64,000 nt of DNA from Escherichia coli (GTDB lineage: Bacteria; Pseudomonadota; Gammaproteobacteria; Enterobacterales; Enterobacteriaceae). The stretch lies in NCBI RefSeq assembly GCF_003991155.1, contig NZ_CP031293.1; one strand, written 5' to 3'. The notes under the pieces were generated by a model. The model saw only the letters and a list, made by a program, of their open reading frames with translations. It ran no database searches and was not told where the DNA came from. Within the stretch, counting starts at the first letter, position 1, and each line of letters opens with the position of its first letter. Of this stretch, positions 52,198 to 61,689 are shown piece after piece. The position numbers were made by a program, and so were the translations under genes.

Positions 52198-55100
52198 ATG
52201 AAAACCTATATTTATCAGGACGAAAAATCACATAAATTCTGGGCAGTGGAGCAACAGGGAAACGAGCTGCATATTAGTTGGGGCAAAGTCAGTACCAACG
52301 GGCAAAGCCAGGTAAAAAGCTTTGCTGATGCTGCGGCGGCGGAAAAAGCGGAACTGAGGCTGATTGCGGAGAAGATGAAGAAGGGGTATGTGGAGCAAGC
52401 GAAGGATAATTCTTTGCAACCTTCCCAAACGGTAACGGATTCTCTCAAGGTAGCGGCCTTATCCACCATTATTCAGGAACAACCCTTTTGCGTAGCAGAA
52501 GCCCGTGTGGCTGACAAAAATACAGATGATGTTTTACCGTGGCTGGCGAAAGATATTGCTGTCGTTTTTCCGCCCGAAGTTGTACACACCACGTTAAGCC
52601 ATCGCCGCTTTCCCGGAGTTCCTGTTCAGCAAGCAGACAACTTGACCCAGTTACGTCGCTTAGCCTGTAGCGTGTCGCAACGGGATAATAAAACAGCCAC
52701 ATTTGACTTCAGCGCCTGTTCTTTAGTATGGCAAAACACCGTCGCCCAGGCGATCAGTCAGATCGACTGCCTGAAAACAACACAGTTACCATCACCAGTA
52801 ATGGCTGTACTCACGGCACTTGAAATGAAATGCACAAGATATAAAGTGCGTGAGGATGTTATGGATCAGATCATTCAGGAAGGCGGTCTGGAATATGCTA
52901 CTGATGTAATAATACACCTTCAACAGATTGATATTGAATGGAATTATGCGAATAATATCATTATTATTCTGCCGTCTGGCATTGCACCTGATAACTTGCA
53001 GCAATATTCCAGTTTTGAATTACGCCTACGGAAACATTTATCACTGGCGGAAGAGTCTCTCTGGCAAAAATGTGCACAAAAACTTATTGCCGCAATTCCA
53101 CATATTCCAGAATGGCGGCAACCATTAATTGCTTTGTTATTACCCGAAAAACCAGAAATTGCACATGAAATTGCCCAGCGTCTACTGGGGAAAAAAAAAT
53201 TACCCTCGCTTGAGTGGCTAAAAATAGTGGCGACTGATGAGCACATTCTTGCCTCATTAGAAAAATATCACGAGCCATATGCCATTTTTGATGATTACTA
53301 TTGTGGTGCGATATGGTCAGCCACCGTATTACAGGAGCAAGGTGTTGCAGCCCTGCCCCGATTTGCTCCCTATGCCGCAAGTGACTACTGCGCCGATGTG
53401 TTGCGTCATATCAATCATCCGTTCGCATTAACACTGCTTATACGTGTAGCCGGGCATACTAAACGCTGTCACGATCGAATGACGAAAGCCTGCGCTGCGT
53501 TCCCACACGCAGCACTGGCAGCACTGGCGGAACTTCTAGTGCAAAAAGAAGAGAATAGTTGGCGCATTATGCTAATGACGATGCTTATCTCGCAACCAGC
53601 ACTGGCAGAACAGGTCATTCCCTGGCTTTCGACACCCGCAGCTGCAGTGCTGAAATCATGCCAGCAACAACTGACACAGCCATCAAACCATGCCAGCACC
53701 GATCTACTGCCGGCCATAGTAGTCTCCCCACCATGGCTTTCGAAAAAGAAAAAATCGTCGATTCCGGTGCTTGATTTAGCACCATTAGGCATTGAGCCAA
53801 TCAGTTATCTGACAGAAGAAATCAGTAATCAACTTTTGGCGAAATATATCTGGTATTCAAAACACATCACGGTTAGTCATGAAGAAAGTACTGCCAATCT
53901 GTTGGCAAGGATGGGTTTTCAACGACGGATCGCTGGTACATATATTAAAGCTCCCGAAGCGGTAGTTGAGGCATGGCTAAATGAAGATTATTCAACCTTA
54001 ATAAGTGAATTTAAGGTGTTTCATTCACCTACCGGGCATTATTGGCATTTGGGGATTTTGACAACATTGCCGCTGGAGAAAGCAATAAGAGCATGGAATG
54101 CCCTTACTCTATCTCCGCATACCGATACCGAATACGCCATGTTACATTTTGGACTCAAAGGATTACCTGGGTTAGTAAACTCACTTGCACGTTATCCACA
54201 GGAAGCCTTGCCCATAACGAATTACTTCGCAGCGAGTGAGCTGGCTCCTGCCGTCGCCCGCGCCTTCAACAAACTCAAAACCCTACGACAAGACGCCCGC
54301 ACCTGGCTGCTGAAATACCCGGAACACGCCATTACCGGCCTGCTACCTTCGGCGCTCGGCAAAGCCGGTGAAGCACAGGATAACGCCCGCGCTGCCTTGC
54401 GTATGCTTATCGAAAACGATCATCAGCCATTACTGCAAGAAATCGCCCGGCGTTATAACCAGCCGGAAGTAACAGATGCGGTGAACGCTATGCTTGCGCT
54501 CGATCCCTTAGATAATCACCCGACAAAAATCCCCACTCTTCCGGCCTTTTATCAGCCATCGATCTGGACCCGCCCGGTATTAAAAGCAAATGCCCAATCA
54601 CTGCCAGATAACGCCCTCCTCCACCTCGGTGAAATGCTCCGCTTCCCTCAGGAAGAGGCTCTGTATCCGGGATTATTGCAGGTGAAAGATGCCTGTACCG
54701 CCGACTCACTGGCTGAATTTGCCTGGGATCTGTTTACCGCCTGGCAGACCGCTGGCGCACCGTCGAAAGAAAGTTGGGCGTTCACTGCGTTAGGCGTTCT
54801 CGGTAACGATGACACCGCCCGCAAACTGACGCCATTAATCCGCGCCTGGCCTGGCGAATCTCAGCATAAACGTGCCACCGTTGGGTTGGATATTCTCGCT
54901 GCTATCGGCAGCGATATCGCCCTGATGCAGCTTAACGGCATCGCCCAGAAACTGAAATTCAAAGCATTACAGGAGCGAGCAAAAGAAAAAATTGCCGACA
55001 TTGCCGAAAGCCGCGAACTCACAGTGGCAGAACTTGAAGATCGGTTAGCACCGGATCTCGGTCTGGATGATAACGGTTCGCTGCTGCTGGATTTCGGGCC

Positions 55101-55992
55101 ACGGCAGTTCACCGTCAGCTTTGATGAAACCTTAAAACCGTTTGTGCGTGATGCTTCCGGCAGCCGCCTGAAAGACTTGCCTAAACCGAACAAAAGCGAT
55201 GATGAAACCCAAGCGAACGATGCAGTTAACCGCTACAAACTGTTGAAAAAAGATGCGCGTACCGTTGCCGCCCAGCAGGTAGCAAGGCTGGAATCCGCCA
55301 TGTGCCTACGCCGCCGCTGGTCGCCGGAAAACTTCCAGCTATTCCTGGTTGAGCATCCGCTGGTTCGCCACTTAACCCGCCGTCTGATTTGGGGCGTTTA
55401 TAGCACCGAAAACGAGCTACTGGCCTGTTTCCGGGTGGCAGAAGATAACAGCTACAGCACCGCTGACGATGATCTTTTCACCCTGCCGGAAGGCGATATC
55501 TCTATTGGTATTCCTCACGTTCTGGAAATATCACCGACGGATGCCGCCGCCTTTGGTCAGCTTTTTGCCGACTACGAACTTTTACCGCCGTTCCGTCAGC
55601 TCGACCGCAACAGTTATGCCCTGACTGAAGTCGAACGCAACGCCAGCGAACTAACCCGCTGGGCAGGCAGAAAATGCCCGAGCGGTCGGGTTATGGGGCT
55701 GTCGAATAAAGGCTGGGTGCGTGGTGAACCGCAGGACGGTGGCTGGATCGGCTGGATGATCAAACCTCTGGGCCGCTGGTCATTAATCATGGAAATCGAT
55801 GAAGGATTTGCAGTTGGTATGTCGCCAGCCGAACTCAGTGCCGAGCAACTCTTAAGCAAGCTGTGGCTATGGGAAGGCAAAGCAGAAAGCTATGGCTGGG
55901 GGAGTCATTCAACACAGGAAGCGCAGTTCTCCGCACTCGATGACATCACCGCCAGCGAGTTGATTAACGATATTGAAGCCCTGTTTGAATAA
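52198..55992 (+). CDS. WGR-domain plus DUF4132 large protein, paralog 2 (1264 aa; YehH/MolR family)
   Basis: Same architecture as paralog 1. Begins 12 nt after its stop. The N-terminal about 70 aa and the last about 20 aa are near-identical to paralog 1. Confidence 0.85.
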   Translation: MKTYIYQDEKSHKFWAVEQQGNELHISWGKVSTNGQSQVKSFADAAAAEKAELRLIAEKMKKGYVEQAKDNSLQPSQTVTDSLKVAALSTIIQEQPFCVAEARVADKNTDDVLPWLAKDIAVVFPPEVVHTTLSHRRFPGVPVQQADNLTQLRRLACSVSQRDNKTATFDFSACSLVWQNTVAQAISQIDCLKTTQLPSPVMAVLTALEMKCTRYKVREDVMDQIIQEGGLEYATDVIIHLQQIDIEWNYANNIIIILPSGIAPDNLQQYSSFELRLRKHLSLAEESLWQKCAQKLIAAIPHIPEWRQPLIALLLPEKPEIAHEIAQRLLGKKKLPSLEWLKIVATDEHILASLEKYHEPYAIFDDYYCGAIWSATVLQEQGVAALPRFAPYAASDYCADVLRHINHPFALTLLIRVAGHTKRCHDRMTKACAAFPHAALAALAELLVQKEENSWRIMLMTMLISQPALAEQVIPWLSTPAAAVLKSCQQQLTQPSNHASTDLLPAIVVSPPWLSKKKKSSIPVLDLAPLGIEPISYLTEEISNQLLAKYIWYSKHITVSHEESTANLLARMGFQRRIAGTYIKAPEAVVEAWLNEDYSTLISEFKVFHSPTGHYWHLGILTTLPLEKAIRAWNALTLSPHTDTEYAMLHFGLKGLPGLVNSLARYPQEALPITNYFAASELAPAVARAFNKLKTLRQDARTWLLKYPEHAITGLLPSALGKAGEAQDNARAALRMLIENDHQPLLQEIARRYNQPEVTDAVNAMLALDPLDNHPTKIPTLPAFYQPSIWTRPVLKANAQSLPDNALLHLGEMLRFPQEEALYPGLLQVKDACTADSLAEFAWDLFTAWQTAGAPSKESWAFTALGVLGNDDTARKLTPLIRAWPGESQHKRATVGLDILAAIGSDIALMQLNGIAQKLKFKALQERAKEKIADIAESRELTVAELEDRLAPDLGLDDNGSLLLDFGPRQFTVSFDETLKPFVRDASGSRLKDLPKPNKSDDETQANDAVNRYKLLKKDARTVAAQQVARLESAMCLRRRWSPENFQLFLVEHPLVRHLTRRLIWGVYSTENELLACFRVAEDNSYSTADDDLFTLPEGDISIGIPHVLEISPTDAAAFGQLFADYELLPPFRQLDRNSYALTEVERNASELTRWAGRKCPSGRVMGLSNKGWVRGEPQDGGWIGWMIKPLGRWSLIMEIDEGFAVGMSPAELSAEQLLSKLWLWEGKAESYGWGSHSTQEAQFSALDDITASELINDIEALFE

Positions 55993-56001
55993 GGAAAGAA
56001 C

Positions 56002-59000
56002 ATGGACAAGGAATTACCGTGGCTGGCGGATAACGCCCAACTGGAACTGAAATATAAAAAAGGCAAAACACCACTCAGCCATCGCAATTGGCCGGGAGAA
56101 CCGGTGCCTGTTATCACTGAAAGCCTCATCCAGACACTGGGTGATAAATTGCTACACATTGCTGAGAAGAAAAAAAACATTGTCTGGCGTTATGAAAATT
56201 TTTCACTGGAATGGCAGTCCGCCATCACGCAGGCCATCAACTTGATCGGCGAGCACAAACCCTCAGTTCCGGCCCGGACAATGGCGGCGCTAGCCTGTAT
56301 CGCGCAAAATGACAGCCAACAGTTGCTCGACGAAATCGTCCAACAAGAGGGACTGGAATATGCGACTGAGGTGGTGATTGCACGCCAGTTTATTGCACAG
56401 TGTTATGAGAGTGATCCTCTGCTAGTGACATTGCAGTATCAGAACGAGGATTATGGCTATGGTTATCGCTCAGAAACCTATAACGAATTCGATCTCCGAC
56501 TGCGTAAGCATCTCTCTCTGGCAGAGGAAAGCTGCTGGCAGCGTTGCGCCGACAAACTCATTGCCGCACTGCCAGGACTACCCCAAGTTCGCCGTCCTTT
56601 TATTGCGCTGATCCTCCCGGAAAAACCAGAAATCGCCAATGAGTTGGTAGGCCTTGAATGCCCGTGGACTCATTTTCATTCTAAGGAGTGGTTAAAAGTT
56701 GTTGCTACTGACCACAGGGCAGTGGGAAAACTCGAACGCTACTGGAGCCAGGATATATTTAGCGATCGCGAAGCCAGCTACATGTCGCATGAAAACCACT
56801 TCGGCTACGCGGCCTGCGCCGCCCTTTTGCGCGAACAAGGAATTGCAGCCGTTCCACGCCTCGCGATGTATGCCCATAAAGAAGATTGCGGCAGTCTGCT
56901 GGTACAAATTAACCATCCGCAGGTCATCCGTACCCTGCTGTTAGTTGCTGATAAAAATAAACCCAGCCTGCAACGTGTGGCTAAATACAGTAAAAACTTC
57001 CCCCATGCGACGCTTGCCGCACTGGCAGAGCTTCTGGCGTTAAAAGAACCGCCTGCACGCCCTGGTTATCCAATCATCGAAGACAAAAAGCTGCCTGCAC
57101 AGCAAAAAGCTCGAGATGAATACTGGCGTACGCTGTTACAAACGCTGATGGCATCGCAGCCACAACTGGCAGAAGAGGTGATGCCGTGGTTAAGTACTCA
57201 AGCCCAGGCAGTGCTGAATAGTTATTTATCGGCACCGCCCAAAACGGTTATTGATAGCACCGATAACATCCAAATGCCTGAAATCCTCGTTTCACCACCG
57301 TGGCGTAGTAAGAAAAAAATGACAGTTCCACGTCTTGATTTGGCACCGTTCGAATTAACGCCGCAAGTTTACTGGCAACCAGGCGAACGAGAGAGGCTTG
57401 CCGCCACTGAGTCTGCCCGTTATTTCAGCACGGAATCTCTTGCGGAACGCATGGAACAAAAAAGTGGACGAGTTGTATTACAGGAGCTGGGTTTTGGAGA
57501 TGATGTATGGCTGTTTTTGAATTATATACTCCCCGGAAAACTGGATGCTGCACGCAATTCACTCATTGTTCAGTGGCATTACTACCCAGGGCGGGTTGAA
57601 GAGATCATGAATGGCTGGAGCTCCCCGGAAGCTCAATTAGCAGAACAGGCGCTTCGCAACGGTCACGTAGAAGTGTTAATTAACATATGGGAAAATGACA
57701 GCTACTCACGCTATCGTCGGGAAAAGAGTATCTGGAACCTGTATTTATTGGCGCAGTTGCCGCGTGAGATGGCTTTGACTTTCTGGCTACGTATCAATGA
57801 GAAAAAGCATCTGTCTGCGGGTGAGGACTATTTTCTCAGTATCTTCGGATTGGATGCTCTACCAGGTCTGCTGTTGGCTTTTTCACATCGTCCAAAAGAA
57901 ACATTTCCATTAATTTTAAATTTCGGCGCAACAGAACTGGCCCTGCCCGTTGCCCGCGTCTGGCGACGTTTCGCGGCGCAGCGTGATCTGGCTCGCCAGT
58001 GGATTTTACATTGGCCGGAACATACAGCTACTGCACTTATCCCTCTTGTCTTCACCAAATCCAGCGATAATAGCGAAGCTGCATTACTTGCCCTGCGTTT
58101 ACTTTACGAACAGGGACATGGCGAATTACTGCAAACCGTGGCAAACCGCTGGCAGCATACAGATGTATGGCCTGCCCTGGAGCAATTACTTAAACAGGGT
58201 CCAATGGACATTTACCCGGCACGCATTCCCAAAGCCCCTGATTTCTGGCATCCGACAATGTGGTCCAGACCGAGACTTATCACGAATAATCAGCCTGTTA
58301 CCGATGATGCTCTGGAAATTATCGGCGACATGCTGCGCTTTACCCAGGGCGGACGTTTTTATTGCGGGCTGGAACAACTGAAAACGTTCTGCCAGCCACA
58401 AACGCTGGCAGCTTTTGCCTGGGATCTCTTCACCGCGTGGCAACAAGTTGGCGCCCCCGCAAAAGACAACTGGGCATTTCTGGCGTTAAGTCTCTTCGGT
58501 GACGAAAGCACGGCTCGGGATCTGACAACACAGATCCTCGCCTGGCCACAGGAAGGCAAATCTGCCCGTGCCGTCAGTGGCCTGAACATACTTACTCAGA
58601 TGAATAATGATATGGCGCTGATACAGCTGCATCATATATCGCAACGGGCGAAATCCCGCCCCTTACGTGATAACGCGGCGGAATTTCTTCAGGTGGTCGC
58701 AGAAAATCGTAGGCTAAGCCAGGAACAGTTAGCGGACAGATTAGTCCCAACACTGGGTCTTGATGATCCGCAGGCGTTGAGTTTTGATTTTGGTCCACGG
58801 CAATTTACCGTTCGCTTTGATGAAAACCTTAACCCGGTTATCTTTGATCAGCAAAACGTTCGCCAGAAAAGCGTTCCCCGGTTGCGCGCCGATGACGATC
58901 AACTGAAAGCGCCCGAGGCACTGGCCCGACTAAAAGGGCTAAAAAAAGATGCGACTCAGGTGAGCAAAAACCTGCTCCCGCGTCTTGAAACGGCCCTACG

Positions 59001-59634
59001 CACCACCCGACGCTGGTCGCTGGCAGATTTTCATACTCTGTTTGTTAATCATCCCTTTACCCGCCTGGTTACTCAGCGATTAATATGGGGCGTGTATCCG
59101 GCAAATGAACCGCGTCGTTTACTCAACGCCTTTCGTGTGGCCGCAGAGGGGGAGTTCTGCAATGCACAAGATGAGCCCATTGACCTGCCTGCGGATGCTT
59201 TGATTGGCATTGCCCACCCGTTAGAAATGACAGCAGAAATGCGCAGTGAATTTGCACAGCTTTTTGCCGATTACGAAATTATGCCGCCTTTTCGCCAGTT
59301 GACGAGGCGCACAGTGCTGCTCACGCCTGACGAGTCAGCCAGTAACAGCCTGACTCGCTGGGAAGGTAAATCCGCTACCGTTGGGCAACTTATGGGAATG
59401 CGATACAAAGGCTGGGAGTCAGGCTATGAGGACGCATTTGTCTATGACCTGGGCGAGTACCGGCTGGTCCTTAAGTTTTCATCCGGTTTTAACCACTACA
59501 ATGTTGATAGCAAAGCGCTAATGAGCTTCCGTTCTCTTCATGTATACCGTGACAATAAATCTGTCACTTTTGCCGAACTTGATGTGTTTGATTTGAGTGA
59601 AGCGTTAAGCGCACCCGACGTCATTTTCCATTAA
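56002..59634 (+). CDS. yehI: YehI, DUF4132 large protein lacking the WGR domain (1210 aa)
   Basis: Third paralog, starting at the LPWLA motif that follows WGR plus linker in paralogs 1 and 2. Its length equals K-12 YehI as I recall. Confidence 0.85.
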   Translation: MDKELPWLADNAQLELKYKKGKTPLSHRNWPGEPVPVITESLIQTLGDKLLHIAEKKKNIVWRYENFSLEWQSAITQAINLIGEHKPSVPARTMAALACIAQNDSQQLLDEIVQQEGLEYATEVVIARQFIAQCYESDPLLVTLQYQNEDYGYGYRSETYNEFDLRLRKHLSLAEESCWQRCADKLIAALPGLPQVRRPFIALILPEKPEIANELVGLECPWTHFHSKEWLKVVATDHRAVGKLERYWSQDIFSDREASYMSHENHFGYAACAALLREQGIAAVPRLAMYAHKEDCGSLLVQINHPQVIRTLLLVADKNKPSLQRVAKYSKNFPHATLAALAELLALKEPPARPGYPIIEDKKLPAQQKARDEYWRTLLQTLMASQPQLAEEVMPWLSTQAQAVLNSYLSAPPKTVIDSTDNIQMPEILVSPPWRSKKKMTVPRLDLAPFELTPQVYWQPGERERLAATESARYFSTESLAERMEQKSGRVVLQELGFGDDVWLFLNYILPGKLDAARNSLIVQWHYYPGRVEEIMNGWSSPEAQLAEQALRNGHVEVLINIWENDSYSRYRREKSIWNLYLLAQLPREMALTFWLRINEKKHLSAGEDYFLSIFGLDALPGLLLAFSHRPKETFPLILNFGATELALPVARVWRRFAAQRDLARQWILHWPEHTATALIPLVFTKSSDNSEAALLALRLLYEQGHGELLQTVANRWQHTDVWPALEQLLKQGPMDIYPARIPKAPDFWHPTMWSRPRLITNNQPVTDDALEIIGDMLRFTQGGRFYCGLEQLKTFCQPQTLAAFAWDLFTAWQQVGAPAKDNWAFLALSLFGDESTARDLTTQILAWPQEGKSARAVSGLNILTQMNNDMALIQLHHISQRAKSRPLRDNAAEFLQVVAENRRLSQEQLADRLVPTLGLDDPQALSFDFGPRQFTVRFDENLNPVIFDQQNVRQKSVPRLRADDDQLKAPEALARLKGLKKDATQVSKNLLPRLETALRTTRRWSLADFHTLFVNHPFTRLVTQRLIWGVYPANEPRRLLNAFRVAAEGEFCNAQDEPIDLPADALIGIAHPLEMTAEMRSEFAQLFADYEIMPPFRQLTRRTVLLTPDESASNSLTRWEGKSATVGQLMGMRYKGWESGYEDAFVYDLGEYRLVLKFSSGFNHYNVDSKALMSFRSLHVYRDNKSVTFAELDVFDLSEALSAPDVIFH

Positions 59635-59694
59635 ACCACAGCGGGCAGTGATGCGACTGCCCGTTATTAACACGACCTGCCACCGGGAAAAGCG

Positions 59695-60015
59695 ATGATC
59701 GTGCAAAAAGAGCTGGTCGCTATTTATGATTATGAAGTCCCTGTACCTGAAGATCCGTTTTCCTTCAGACTTGAGATCCATAAATGCTCTGAATTATTTA
59801 CAGGTTCCATCTACCGGCTGGAGCGATTCCGGCTACATCCAACATTTCATCAACGTGATCGAGAGGATATCGACCCGCTAATAAATGATGCGTTGATTTA
59901 TATAAGAGATGAGTTTATTGATGAGCGAAAATTACGGGGCGAATCACCAGAAATGGTAATAGCCATTTTTAATCGTGAACTACAGAATATATTCAACCAA
60001 GAAATAGAAAAATAG
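59695..60015 (+). CDS. yehK: YehK small protein of unknown function (106 aa)
   Basis: ORF in the conserved position after yehI. A weak hairpin (59642-59668) precedes it. Confidence 0.7.
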   Translation: MIVQKELVAIYDYEVPVPEDPFSFRLEIHKCSELFTGSIYRLERFRLHPTFHQRDREDIDPLINDALIYIRDEFIDERKLRGESPEMVIAIFNRELQNIFNQEIEK

Positions 60016-60068
60016 CTTTATTAAAGAGGGAGACGGTATTCCCCCTTAGATGCGTTTCAATTTGCCCG

Positions 60069-60158
60069 TTACTTCAACAAATCAATCAACCGTAACAGAG
60101 CCACTAATAACTCCAGTACGGCAATGAGCACAGTTAACTTTTGTGTCAGCGTGTCCAT
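60069..60158 (-). CDS. zorO: ZorO-type type I toxin, 29-aa hydrophobic peptide MDTLTQKLTVLIAVLELLVALLRLIDLLK
   Basis: Not in the ORF track because it is too short. AAGGAGAG SD lies 4 nt upstream of ATG 60158. The single-TM amphipathic peptide matches the ZorO toxin sequence as I recall it. A roughly 175-nt 5' UTR runs from a consensus promoter. Confidence 0.75.
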   Translation of the reverse strand: MDTLTQKLTVLIAVLELLVALLRLIDLLK

Positions 60159-60339
60159 CCGCTCTCCTTATTAAGGAGCGCAACACCAGCACCTTACCCT
60201 TACACTGCCTGTCGATACTGGTTTACGTATGTTGGACCACGATGTTGCACTCCGGATCAGGGCACTACCTGCGGCACCACCCGTCCGGTAGCCATGACTT
60301 GAAATGGGTTCGATCCGGCGCAACGTCCCAACAGTCAGG

Positions 60340-60390
60340 ATTATAAATCTCATTATCTTAATTGCAACGGGGTCCACCGATGGTTATAAT
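60340..60390. promoter_or_regulatory. Back-to-back sigma70 promoters sharing one palindromic -35 (TTGCAA, 60362-60367)
   Basis: Plus strand: TTGCAA-N17-TATAAT (60385-60390), driving the sRNA. Minus strand: TTGCAA-N16-TATAAT (60345-60340), driving the toxin mRNA. Confidence 0.7.
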
Positions 60391-60396
60391 TCGTTC

Positions 60397-60479
60397 GTTG
60401 GAACACGATGTTGCACAGGCTGCGGCGTTGGGCCTGAAAATAGTAAATAAAAGAACCTGCCTCACCAGCAGGTTTTTTT
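60397..60479 (+). ncRNA. orzO: Orz-type antitoxin sRNA (about 83 nt)
   Basis: Consensus promoter upstream. Terminator AACCTGC-CTCACCA-GCAGGTT plus T7 at 60454-60479. The 5' 20 nt (GTTGGAACACGATGTTGCAC) repeat the plus-strand sequence at 60231-60250 with 1 mismatch, so they are complementary to the toxin 5' UTR. Confidence 0.72.
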
Positions 60480-60590
60480 ATTTACTGTGATCTGCTTTCC
60501 AGATATTTTCCGCTCAAACAACTAATGCGCCAAACATTTATTGCGCGTAAAATATCGTTTATTTCATTAATACATTTCAGGGATGAATAT

Positions 60591-61679
60591 ATGTCACCGC
60601 AGAATAATCATCTGCAGCGTCCGCCTGCCGCTGTGTTATACGCCGATGAACTGGCAAAATTAAAACAAAATGATCACGCACCTTGCCCGCCCGGTTGGCA
60701 GTTAAGTTTGCCTGCGGCCCGTGCTTTTATCCTTGGCGACGAAGCGCAAAATATTAGCCGTAAAGTCGTGATCAGTCCCTCCGCTGTCGAACGCATGTTA
60801 GTCACTCTCGCTACCGGGCGCGGTTTGATGTTGGTGGGGGAACCTGGCACCGCAAAATCGCTCCTGTCTGAATTACTGGCAACCGCTATTAGCGGCGATG
60901 CCGGGTTAACCATCCAGGGCGGCGCATCTACCACCGAAGATCAAATCAAGTACGGCTGGAACTACGCTCTGCTTATCAATCATGGTCCATCAACGGAAGC
61001 GCTGGTCCCTGCCCCGCTTTACCAGGGAATGCGCGACGGCAAAATCGTCCGTTTTGAAGAAATAACGCGTACACCGCTGGAAGTGCAGGACTGTCTGTTA
61101 GGTATGCTTTCTGACAGGGTGATGACGGTGCCGGAACTCACCGGTGAAGCCAGTCAGCTCTATGCGCGGGAAGGCTTTAATATTATTGCCACTGCCAATA
61201 CCCGCGATCGCGGCGTCAATGAAATGAGTGCTGCGCTAAAGCGTCGTTTCGATTTTGAAACTGTCTTTCCGATTATGGATTTCGCTCAGGAGCTGGAGCT
61301 TGTCGCCAGTGCTTCGGCGCGTTTGCTGGCCCATAGCGGTATTCCGCATAAAGTGCCTGACGCGGTACTGGAGTTACTGGTCCGCACCTTCCGCGATCTG
61401 CGTGCCAACGGCGAAAAGAAAACGTCAATGGATACACTAACAGCGATTATGTCCACCGCTGAAGCCGTGAACGTGGCCCACGCTGTGGGCGTCCGCGCCT
61501 GGTTTTTAGCGAATCGCGCAGGTGAGCCAGCCGATCTGGTGGACTGTATTGCCGGAACCATCGTCAAAGATAACGAAGAAGATCGCGCTCGTCTGCGCCG
61601 TTACTTCGAACAGCGAGTCGCCACACATAAAGAAGCTCACTGGCAGGCTTATTATCAAGCCCGCCACCGCCTGCCGTGA
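60591..61679 (+). CDS. yehL: YehL, MoxR-like AAA+ ATPase (362 aa from MSPQNN)
   Basis: Walker A GEPGTAKS, Walker B-like VRFEEITR, and sensor/arginine-finger regions typical of the MoxR/RavA clade. Confidence 0.9.
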   Translation: MSPQNNHLQRPPAAVLYADELAKLKQNDHAPCPPGWQLSLPAARAFILGDEAQNISRKVVISPSAVERMLVTLATGRGLMLVGEPGTAKSLLSELLATAISGDAGLTIQGGASTTEDQIKYGWNYALLINHGPSTEALVPAPLYQGMRDGKIVRFEEITRTPLEVQDCLLGMLSDRVMTVPELTGEASQLYAREGFNIIATANTRDRGVNEMSAALKRRFDFETVFPIMDFAQELELVASASARLLAHSGIPHKVPDAVLELLVRTFRDLRANGEKKTSMDTLTAIMSTAEAVNVAHAVGVRAWFLANRAGEPADLVDCIAGTIVKDNEEDRARLRRYFEQRVATHKEAHWQAYYQARHRLP

Positions 61680-61689
61680 GGAAAGATGC

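Noticed and set aside
60295-60330. tRNA-like GGTTCGATCC motif (AATGGGTTCGATCCGGCG) that suggested a tRNA fragment or att site
   Set aside because: The flanks cannot form a 5-bp T-stem, and no acceptor or anticodon arms are present. The segment lies inside the zorO-type toxin 5' UTR, which explains its conservation and structure better.
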